From positions 22,400 through 86,399 of IMG/VR virus record IMGVR_UViG_3300045918_000157: 64,000 nt of DNA; one strand, given 5' to 3'. The position numbers and the translations under genes are program-made. How positions within the stretch are numbered: the first letter of the stretch is position 1; every line of letters starts with the position of its first letter. Below the pieces are notes generated by a model. It worked only from the letters and a program-made list of their open reading frames with translations. It made no database searches and was not told where the DNA came from. This DNA is from a virus. Below are positions 19,271 through 27,364 of this stretch, piece by piece.

Positions 19271-20267
19271 TGAGTGCCTCAAGTTTTATCATTTCTTCTT
19301 CTGTCATCAACTCACGCAGCGCAGCCATGACGCTAAATGCTTGCACACCTTCCAGTGCAGTCTCAAACACAGCAGCAGTACCATCCTCTGCAGCTATACT
19401 TACACCATTAGTAATAACATACGCTTGGCTAGTCTGCCGTAATTTACTGATAGCAGTCACTACCTGTGCAGCTTGGTCTGCGGTGGCATTTCCGGTAACC
19501 CGAACAAATTTTGCTTCGCTAAGTCCATCAAGCGCTTGCCAATCCAGTTCGGCAAATCCTCCTGTTGTCTCGACAGGCAACAGGGAGACAACACCTGCAT
19601 CGACAGTAGTGTAGAATTTAACACGTACACCGAGCCAGTCGGAACAACTGCTAGCAATCTGATTTCCGGGGATAAAGACCTTGCCGACACGCTTCGACTT
19701 GTGTTCATGTGCAATCACAATCGCTTCAGCAATTGAGGCCGCTGCCTGCTCTTTGCTGAGGTTGAGTGACTGGTCTGACATCGCAGCAAAGTTATTGTCG
19801 TAGTTGCAGTGCAGGTATAAAACCTTGCACTCAGGTACAGCGGCAAGTGCTGCATCGAAAAGCTGCTGATTTGGTAAATGCGGGATAATATAGCCGTGCG
19901 GAGTCATCAGAGGTGCTTTGACGCTGATGACTGCAGGGCAACTATCCGCAAGCAATGCTGATAAGAAATCAAAGCTTGACATGACGTTACTGGTCTTTGA
20001 CAAATCATGATTTCCGGCAACAAGCCAGCACACTTTACCGGGATTAGCAGCAGCCCATGTTTTCAGTGTGAAGAACGTTTCAAGTACGTCACGGATAGGG
20101 ACGTTAACTGCATCGAAAAGATCACCTAGAAGAAGTAGATCAGTGTTGGTAGGTAAGAGCCGTTTGAAGTCCCGTTGCAGGTGCTGGCGTAGCTCCCACT
20201 GGCTAGTCAGTGTCGTGCCACCGCTTCTGATAGCGCCTAAGTGCTGATCATTATATATTGTTAGCAT
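19263..20267 (-). CDS. SbcD/Mre11-like (gp47-like) metallophosphoesterase nuclease
   Basis: DQHLG, LGDLFD, AGNHD, HEH motifs; start at MLTIYND. Confidence 0.9.
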   Translation of the reverse strand: MLTIYNDQHLGAIRSGGTTLTSQWELRQHLQRDFKRLLPTNTDLLLLGDLFDAVNVPIRDVLETFFTLKTWAAANPGKVCWLVAGNHDLSKTSNVMSSFDFLSALLADSCPAVISVKAPLMTPHGYIIPHLPNQQLFDAALAAVPECKVLYLHCNYDNNFAAMSDQSLNLSKEQAAASIAEAIVIAHEHKSKRVGKVFIPGNQIASSCSDWLGVRVKFYTTVDAGVVSLLPVETTGGFAELDWQALDGLSEAKFVRVTGNATADQAAQVVTAISKLRQTSQAYVITNGVSIAAEDGTAAVFETALEGVQAFSVMAALRELMTEEEMIKLEALNA

Positions 20268-20674
20268 AAAAGTTCCGGTAATGTTTTTGGTATTGTATCC
20301 CTCAAATCCCACGAACCGCCTTCGCTGCGGTCGATAAACCTTTCTATGTCGTAGCCTCTCCACTTACCTAATGTAGAGTGATAGACTAACACAAGGCTGT
20401 TGGCACCTGCGTCTTTCCACAATCTCTGCCTTGCAACCTGAGCTTTATCAAAATTCCCGTGTGGTAATCTGAAGTCATGCTTAACTTCCTTGCACTCTAT
20501 TAGATGGAGTACGCCTTTACGCATCAGTAAGAAGTCAGCTAAGGTAGCCCTCATGCTTCCAGCCCTTGCGTCAGGAAGCCTATAATATGCTGTATCACTG
20601 TAGCGACACAGCGTATCAAGGTACTTTTTAAGTAACCCCTCACCTTCCTTGCCTCGATCTGAAGCACTTGTCAT
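20261..20674 (-). CDS. Holliday junction resolvase (PD-(D/E)xK, RecU/Hjc-like)
   Basis: RGKEGE, ADF, LIECKE motifs. Confidence 0.7.
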   Translation of the reverse strand: MTSASDRGKEGEGLLKKYLDTLCRYSDTAYYRLPDARAGSMRATLADFLLMRKGVLHLIECKEVKHDFRLPHGNFDKAQVARQRLWKDAGANSLVLVYHSTLGKWRGYDIERFIDRSEGGSWDLRDTIPKTLPELLC

Positions 20675-23600
20675 GCTGTAACTACCTCAAGTTGCTTGGG
20701 TTTCTCCCTATCATACATAGTTGCAAGGCCTTTCAAGATAGCCTCTTCCGTAGGTAACTCTCCTATATCCACCTGAAAAGCTGGCCCAAAGCTTCTACCA
20801 AAGCTGATGCTCGACATGATAGGAACCATCATGTCTCCATACGGTTGCACCATACAAGAGTGCATTGCCGGGATGAATTTTAGCAAGTCTTCGATCATGA
20901 CCGATGCTACGATTTCATCATGCACAGGGAACATAATTTCACAGTCAAACTGCTGCTCAAGTCTAGCCTGCCAGATTCTGCCTTCAGCCCTTTTCGTCAT
21001 CTCGCCTGCTGACCCTTGCACCTTGGTATTCACACCTTGACGCTCTGCCTTACTCATCTTATAGCCATCACCAGATGTCAGTGCTGGAACCAGATGTCGT
21101 ACAGCGCCCATCTTAGTCTTTACATACCCTAATGCTTTAACTTCCTGCTCAATGACCTTGTTTTTCCATAGAACTACATCAGGAAATGCAGACTCCTTAG
21201 CGTCAAGAAATACCTGAGCTTCCTCAACAGTTACCATTAAGGTTTGAGCTAGCTTGGGAGCCATAGCGCCAAATTCGCTAGTGAAGTTTGTCTTCTTACC
21301 TAGCGTTCGTTCTATGTAAGCCACTCCGTGTGCTGGATTTGTCTCATCCTTGACCGCAGCATAGAACTCTTCGTAGCTCATCGCAACATCTGCCCTGTAG
21401 TTATGGATTCCAACACCAGTCAGAGCGTGCATATCCTTCTTATTGTCTCCAATGAAACAGGCAAGCATCCCCTTGTCTTGCGAGTAGTCAGCGATAATCC
21501 TAAGCTCTTGAGCCATGAAGTCCATCGACACCACTACTGCACCTTTTCGGTGCGGAATGAATACTTCTCTAACCTTCGGAAGGTATCCGTCAACCTTCTC
21601 TTGCTTGCTAACCTGCTGCACGTTTGGCTTGCTAGCTGATGCCCTTCTGGTGTTAGTAGAACACTGATTGTGCGAACTATGCACTCGGCCTGTCTTCCAG
21701 TGGACAAAATGCGGATATGGGCTATAGTAGAGACTCCTACGAGTTACTACCATCTTCATACGTATAACAGCGTTTATCGCAAGCGTTTGCTCTGGCGTTG
21801 CTGTCTGCAAGGCATAGGCCATTGCCAAATTGTCGGTCTTTGGAGTACCCTGCCTAAGTCCTGCTGCTCTCATAGTGTCAGTAGGCTGGTTTGCTACTAC
21901 CACTTCAAACCCCATGACCTCATACAACAGCTTCTGCATCTGCTTAGGACTACCACAGTTGAACACTGGTTCATTCTTATAGCGCGATGCAACAAGCTTG
22001 TTTAACACCGAGAAGTCTTTGTCATCTCCAAGTGCTAGCATCCATGCGCCATGCAGGAGCGTCTGGTGACTGATTAAGTCCATCACCTTTTCAGGTAATC
22101 TCACTGAAAAAGTAATCTCTTCACCAGTAACAATGAAGTAGCTCTCCTTAACAAGTGCTGGAGTGAACTCAGTGTACACTGGCGTAACAGTACCTTCCCA
22201 CCCTTTAGTAATCAAGTAGTCCCGCAACTGTGCCCATGCTTCATCATACGTTATGTCATCTTCTGCGCTAATCTTTGCTAGCGTAGCCAAACTGACCTTC
22301 GTTCCGTGGATAAATGACTGGCAGTGCAAATATGATGCGTCTATCTCTACATCTAAATAAACTTGATAGGTGCCCTCAAGCTGCATGAATAGCTTGGCAA
22401 AGTTGTGGAAGCTTGCCGTGCAGATAGTGTCATCGCAGGCATAGCTAAAAACATGGGCTGCTGTCAGTTCCCTCATCTTGAATTTGCGCCGCTCCCACTT
22501 TGCTGTCACTGCCGGAGTTGCTACTACAGGTAATCCCATTACATCTTCATGAGCTAAGACTTCCGGCGTAATCTCTTTGTCAAAGTAGCCAAGTAGCAGA
22601 CCACCTTTGACAGTTCCGGCAGTCCCCTCTTTAGTCGTAACAGTCTTGTAGTCTACCTGATCGTAGTCAAACCACCTTTTAGACAGCTTCTTCAAGCCTA
22701 AAGAGTTGTTTTCGTCTACATACGAGGCCTCAAATTTCGTATCGAGCCAGTTAGGTAGAAGCCCTGCATAGCCGTTGTCTTTCCACTCTTTACCGAACTC
22801 GTGGTAAAGAACAGTCCCTTCAAACTGTGTGTTTTGAATAACAATCTCAAGTTTTTTAGAGGCAATCCACTCAAGCAGTTCCCTGACTTTGACCTTGGGA
22901 ACGTTATCCGTTTCTATATGATCGACTGGTATGTAAACCGTATGCTGCATGTTCTTGCCGAACGTCAGTGACATACCAGTAAGTTCAGAGCCTATCGTGT
23001 CCACACCGTCAGGGTCGTCCTGCGATGCTAGCCAATCATCGGACTCATCTCCTGTACTAGTTTCAATGTCAAGGCTGAGCCAATCACGCTGCAGAATCAA
23101 GGGTTTGACCCACTCTACGAATCCTTCCCACTTAGCAGCGGTAACAGGCCAGCTTTTAGCCGCCCAATGTTTTAGCCGCTCGTCTGCCACCTTGCCGTGC
23201 ACTAAACCGGGGAACCACTGAATCTGGTCTTTGATAGTGTTGCACCACTCTGGATGCAGGCTAGCCAAGCGCCACGAATTGAGGAACTCTTTGCGCCCAT
23301 CGTAAATCTGCTTAACGATCTTGTTGCGTGGTGCCTCTGACTCTAGCTCGTCTAGGCAGTAGAGGTTAGCCAAGCGTACCATCTCAGCCATGCCTGTTTC
23401 GCCAAACTCAGCCTCAAACTTCTCCCATGCTTTGACTCCAAAGCCGGGGATACCGCTGATATTGTCGCCTACATCACCTACCAAAGCTTTGTAGAGGCTG
23501 ATGTACTTATTGTCAAACAGACCATAGGGGTTATTGCTGCACTGCCCGCCGATGCGGGTAATGATGTCAGCACCGTGTTCATTTCTTCCGTCCAGAACAG

Positions 23601-24045
23601 ATAAGTCGCCGTCATTCGATACAATTGTCAAGTCTTCGCGGCTGTGCTTGGCCAGCCACCCTATCACATCATCTGCCTCTACGTTATCACACACTATAGT
23701 CAACGTGCCAAGTCTCTTAAACACCTCGATAACCTGATCGCGTGTAGTCTGAAACGCCTCATACGCATCAGGGTGACGTTTGCCGCGCTTGGCCTTGTAC
23801 GTCATGTTAATCGCTAGCCGGGGAGCCTTGCTGTTGAAGCCCTCCTTAACGAGTATCATGTCAATCGGCGTCAGGTTGAACTCTTTGAGCGCTGCACAGA
23901 TTAAATTGACAATGTTCTCGTAGGCATACTTGGCTGAATTAATCCAGACAGGTTTCCCATCCATCTCAACTTCATGCCCTTCTTTGTCCTTCCCGACTAG
24001 AAGGCACGACCATAAATTACTTGATAGGTCAAACGCGATTTTCAT
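20671..24045 (-). CDS. polA: Family A DNA polymerase with fused 5'-3' and 3'-5' exonuclease domains
   Basis: EADDVIG, SNDGDL, LVGDVGDNISGIPGFG (5'-3' exo); LDIETS, YACDD (3'-5' exo); DFMAQELR, KKTNF, VHDE (pol motifs A/B/C). Confidence 0.95.
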   Translation of the reverse strand: MKIAFDLSSNLWSCLLVGKDKEGHEVEMDGKPVWINSAKYAYENIVNLICAALKEFNLTPIDMILVKEGFNSKAPRLAINMTYKAKRGKRHPDAYEAFQTTRDQVIEVFKRLGTLTIVCDNVEADDVIGWLAKHSREDLTIVSNDGDLSVLDGRNEHGADIITRIGGQCSNNPYGLFDNKYISLYKALVGDVGDNISGIPGFGVKAWEKFEAEFGETGMAEMVRLANLYCLDELESEAPRNKIVKQIYDGRKEFLNSWRLASLHPEWCNTIKDQIQWFPGLVHGKVADERLKHWAAKSWPVTAAKWEGFVEWVKPLILQRDWLSLDIETSTGDESDDWLASQDDPDGVDTIGSELTGMSLTFGKNMQHTVYIPVDHIETDNVPKVKVRELLEWIASKKLEIVIQNTQFEGTVLYHEFGKEWKDNGYAGLLPNWLDTKFEASYVDENNSLGLKKLSKRWFDYDQVDYKTVTTKEGTAGTVKGGLLLGYFDKEITPEVLAHEDVMGLPVVATPAVTAKWERRKFKMRELTAAHVFSYACDDTICTASFHNFAKLFMQLEGTYQVYLDVEIDASYLHCQSFIHGTKVSLATLAKISAEDDITYDEAWAQLRDYLITKGWEGTVTPVYTEFTPALVKESYFIVTGEEITFSVRLPEKVMDLISHQTLLHGAWMLALGDDKDFSVLNKLVASRYKNEPVFNCGSPKQMQKLLYEVMGFEVVVANQPTDTMRAAGLRQGTPKTDNLAMAYALQTATPEQTLAINAVIRMKMVVTRRSLYYSPYPHFVHWKTGRVHSSHNQCSTNTRRASASKPNVQQVSKQEKVDGYLPKVREVFIPHRKGAVVVSMDFMAQELRIIADYSQDKGMLACFIGDNKKDMHALTGVGIHNYRADVAMSYEEFYAAVKDETNPAHGVAYIERTLGKKTNFTSEFGAMAPKLAQTLMVTVEEAQVFLDAKESAFPDVVLWKNKVIEQEVKALGYVKTKMGAVRHLVPALTSGDGYKMSKAERQGVNTKVQGSAGEMTKRAEGRIWQARLEQQFDCEIMFPVHDEIVASVMIEDLLKFIPAMHSCMVQPYGDMMVPIMSSISFGRSFGPAFQVDIGELPTEEAILKGLATMYDREKPKQLEVVTA

Positions 24046-24574
24046 ACTGACCTCCCTTATTCACTAAATCAGAAATCTGAGTCTTAAGATTATCAATGTC
24101 TACAGAGTTATCAATAACAATATCAAACGGGTATCTTCTTAACCGTACCTCAGACCTGTGAGACTTTGTACTGCCTACTAAATTTATAGACCTACCAGCA
24201 ATGTGCCACACCTCACCCCCATTGTTGCGAATCCAATCTGCTTCGTTAGTAAATCTAACGTCAGATACGACAACAAGTTTTCTGCCTTTTGTGTTGGCTG
24301 TGGCTAGACTTAGCCAAAACTCTGGGTCTAAATTTCTAGCCCATTCGGTGCCTAGTGTCTGTGCCGCTGTACGGTATGAGTAGTCTTTACCTATAAGACG
24401 TAATTCCTTATCTTCTCTGTTAGTTGGTTCAACAATACCCATCGCGCTAAGTGCTTCCTTTAAAGGCTTAGCGAAAGCGTAACGCCAGTAACCGTACTCT
24501 GACTCAAGTACTAGAGCTACTGTATCCTTACCTGACCCGGCAGGGCCAGCTAAGCCTATGAGGGGTATTTTCAT
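24029..24574 (-). CDS. Deoxynucleoside monophosphate kinase
   Basis: IGLAGPAGSGKDT, FAKPLKE, QTLGTEWAR, VVSDVRFTNE, H.SE. Confidence 0.9.
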   Translation of the reverse strand: MKIPLIGLAGPAGSGKDTVALVLESEYGYWRYAFAKPLKEALSAMGIVEPTNREDKELRLIGKDYSYRTAAQTLGTEWARNLDPEFWLSLATANTKGRKLVVVSDVRFTNEADWIRNNGGEVWHIAGRSINLVGSTKSHRSEVRLRRYPFDIVIDNSVDIDNLKTQISDLVNKGGQYENRV

Positions 24575-25242
24575 GGCTGCTCCAAAATTCGTTTATGGTC
24601 CCATCCCATGCGCAACCGTTTAACCAGCTTTTTAGGGTGGTGGCCTGTTTCGTCTGCCCATGTTCTGAGGGGTTTTGTAATTCCATCAACAGTCAACATT
24701 ATCGTGTCACGCTTATTGCGCATCTGTTCCACCTTAGTGGCCCACACACAATTTTCGGGGCCGTACCCAAGACTGTTGTTTGATCTTTCTAGAGACAACC
24801 CTTCAGGCCTTTCGCCCATATCCGCAAAGAAGTTCTCAAATGATTCTGCCCACCTGTCGCACACCGTAATACCTCGTCCGCCGTAGTCCTTGTATTTGGC
24901 ATACTTGGGATTAGTGCACCTGTTGACCATTGCCCGGTATAAGTTGTAGATTGGCGTGTTTGCCATACCATGTGTTAGAGCAACACCTCTCCTGTCATCG
25001 TTAGAGCACTGTTTGCAGCCTAGTGTATTACCCTTCTTTAGATTGTTTGCGTAATACTCTTTAGTCTCACCACAAGTACAGAGGCAGTTCCACATTTTGT
25101 GTGGTGGCCTTCTAGGTGCTTCTGAAATAACCGTCAGTCTTCCGAAAATAGAACCGACAGCAATATCAGCGTAGGTACGTGGTGCCTGTCGCACTGTTGG
25201 TACAGGCAGCGCTATTAGTGTACCAGCGTTACACAAGGTCAT
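24571..25242 (-). CDS. Free-standing HNH-type homing endonuclease
   Basis: FGRLTV..WNCLCTCG zinc domain; YGGRGITVCDRW..SFENF..DMGERP; SLERSNN..GY.PENCVWAT..EQ..N. Confidence 0.85.
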   Translation of the reverse strand: MTLCNAGTLIALPVPTVRQAPRTYADIAVGSIFGRLTVISEAPRRPPHKMWNCLCTCGETKEYYANNLKKGNTLGCKQCSNDDRRGVALTHGMANTPIYNLYRAMVNRCTNPKYAKYKDYGGRGITVCDRWAESFENFFADMGERPEGLSLERSNNSLGYGPENCVWATKVEQMRNKRDTIMLTVDGITKPLRTWADETGHHPKKLVKRLRMGWDHKRILEQP

Positions 25243-25754
25243 TTCATAGCCTCACCCTCTTTACCAGTATCCCGGTGGAGCGCCATATAGTCGCTGTACT
25301 TATCACCATAGCGGGCAGCAAGTTTTGCTACGTTGCGTTCAAGACACTTGCTAAGGTCGATGTCAAAGTTGTAGCACATGAACTCAAGCTGTACTTGAAG
25401 GTAGGCTGGTGACATGTAACCTTCAGCTATCGAACCAGCATTAGCTGCCATCTTGAACAGATAGAGTATCAGTTCATCACCTGATTTCTTGTCGCTGCCA
25501 ATGAAATCTAACGCTGCTCCCATTGGATTCTTAGTCACATTAGCAAGCAGGTTTAAATACCAGTAGCAATCTCCAATTTCTTCCTCAAGGTGCACTAGGT
25601 CCAGAGGTTTGCCGTAGATGTAGTGCTTCTTAAAGCAGTCAACAATTTCTCCAACCTCAGTAATCATACCCATGTGGGCATGATGAAAGTCCATGATAGG
25701 CTCAATAAACTTAGCAGTGCGAATTGCCAGCGGAGCATAATCTTGGTAGTTCAT
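25239..25754 (-). CDS. MazG-like NTP pyrophosphohydrolase
   Basis: GMITEVGEIVD, EEIGDCYWY, NVAKLAARY. Confidence 0.85.
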   Translation of the reverse strand: MNYQDYAPLAIRTAKFIEPIMDFHHAHMGMITEVGEIVDCFKKHYIYGKPLDLVHLEEEIGDCYWYLNLLANVTKNPMGAALDFIGSDKKSGDELILYLFKMAANAGSIAEGYMSPAYLQVQLEFMCYNFDIDLSKCLERNVAKLAARYGDKYSDYMALHRDTGKEGEAMK

Positions 25755-26410
25755 AGGTTCCTCATCTTCTCAAGCGTGTAACGAAGGTTTTTGTCAATGT
25801 CAGATTGAGCCAGCATCCACTCTCTGTAGTCATTAGGTACTCTAAGTATAGTTATACCTTTATATTTACCATGAGGCATCTTAGCTATTAGGTGAGGCTT
25901 ATCTGAACGCTCCAATAGCGTCCTGAAATTAACACCGGCAATAGGTAGTATGTGCAAAAGCAAATCTCTGCATGTATGTACGTCACCAAGTGCTGTATGC
26001 GACTTCTGCTCTGGTAGACCAAGCTCTACTTGTAGAGTGTCTAGCTTGTTGTTTGATGTTCCCTTAATGAACTCTCTTGCAAGTGCAAGTGTGCATAGGG
26101 TCTTGCTAGGTCGTATGAACGGGTCAGTCATCCTGACATCGAAACCCGCGTTGTGGCCGCACCAGATTACAGGCTCAATAAACCACGGCATCCTTGCCGT
26201 GACTTGAGCCATAGTCTCACAGTTAGCTACATCAGCGTCTGTGATTCCGTGAATCTGTGTAGCCCTAGGGTCTATAGGCTTCTCTGGATTGACAAGAGTG
26301 CAGAACTCATCCAATATATTAAGTTCAAAGTCTACTCTCAGGTAAGCCAGTTCAACTACACCGCCTGTTAATCCGCACGTTTCCGTGTCAAGAATGAATA
26401 ACTCGTCCAT
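25751..26410 (-). CDS. Exonuclease X-like DEDDh 3'-5' exonuclease
   Basis: LDTETCG, IHGIT, GHNAGFD, HTALGDV; C-terminal MPHGKYKG (DUF3820-like). Confidence 0.88.
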   Translation of the reverse strand: MDELFILDTETCGLTGGVVELAYLRVDFELNILDEFCTLVNPEKPIDPRATQIHGITDADVANCETMAQVTARMPWFIEPVIWCGHNAGFDVRMTDPFIRPSKTLCTLALAREFIKGTSNNKLDTLQVELGLPEQKSHTALGDVHTCRDLLLHILPIAGVNFRTLLERSDKPHLIAKMPHGKYKGITILRVPNDYREWMLAQSDIDKNLRYTLEKMRNL

Positions 26411-26430
26411 ACGTTGCCTTTAAAGTAACA

Positions 26431-26455
26431 GCCACGGCAAACAATTTGCCGTGGC
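26431..26455 (-). terminator. Hairpin terminator after the SSB-like gene
   Basis: GCCACGGCAAA-CAA-TTTGCCGTGGC perfect 11-bp stem. Confidence 0.6.
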
Positions 26456-26462
26456 CTTAAAC

Positions 26463-27266
26463 TTACGCCGTCTTCGCCAATGCTACAGAAGTAAACGTAG
26501 CTTTGGTGTAAACCTTGTCATCCTTGGACGCAAGTTCTGCTACTGCGTCAATGATCTTCAACTCGTCTTCAGTCTTGCGACCTTTACGAATTGCATTGAC
26601 CGAGTTCGCAAGGTAGCGGCTCCACTGTACACGGCTCATAGGTGACAGGTCGAACTGCACCAACTGACCATCGTAAGTGCGGACCTTACCGCTACTGTTG
26701 ATGATTTCACCGACAACAACATTACGCTGCTTCACCGATGCCAGAGGAAAACCACCAGCCTTCAGGAATTCCAGATGCTCAGCAACTGGCGTACCATCGG
26801 AGCAGGTGATCTTGTCATCGCTGTAGCGCACCAACTCCTTAGGTGCCTTGTCATCGCCCGGATCAACCACCCAAGCATCCTGAAACGACAGCAACTCAAA
26901 GCGAATGGTGTCGCCAAGAATCGCTTTCGATTCACGCTCCACAAAGTTCCCGTTAGTGCAGGTCAACTGCGGAAACGTGTTGAAGTCTACCCGCATCGAG
27001 TTTTTCATACCCTCGCTGATAGCGTATGCTGGCGCTGGAATTGCCAACTCAGCCGGTCTAGCCGCCACGATAGCCGGTGCAGGAGCCGCCGGAGCGTCCG
27101 CTGCAGGGGTGACTACCGAAGTAGCGGTTTCGGTGGCTGCAGGAGCCGCCGTGTCAGCCGCCAGTGCCGCTGCGCTTTCCGAGGTCTGCGGCGCACTGGC
27201 GAATACCTCACCGGCAGAAGTTTCGTCGGCCTCAAAAGCGGGTACAGTTTTATCAAGAAGTCCCAT
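26463..27266 (-). CDS. Putative ssDNA-binding protein (highly expressed replication accessory)
   Basis: Between primase-helicase and exonuclease; strong codon bias; A/P-rich disordered N-terminus plus beta-rich core; function inferred from context. Confidence 0.5.
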   Translation of the reverse strand: MGLLDKTVPAFEADETSAGEVFASAPQTSESAAALAADTAAPAATETATSVVTPAADAPAAPAPAIVAARPAELAIPAPAYAISEGMKNSMRVDFNTFPQLTCTNGNFVERESKAILGDTIRFELLSFQDAWVVDPGDDKAPKELVRYSDDKITCSDGTPVAEHLEFLKAGGFPLASVKQRNVVVGEIINSSGKVRTYDGQLVQFDLSPMSRVQWSRYLANSVNAIRKGRKTEDELKIIDAVAELASKDDKVYTKATFTSVALAKTA

Positions 27267-27364
27267 AATAATCTCACTTTCGTTTCAGTTACAGTTACAG
27301 CTATCACTATGCCGGTACTTTCCCCGCTGTCAACCTACCGAAGGCAGGATTTCCAACTCTTTTG

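Noticed and set aside
20671-26410. Z-genome (2-aminoadenine) pathway
   Set aside because: No PurZ or HD-domain dATPase in the window; MazG plus an atypical PolA is insufficient
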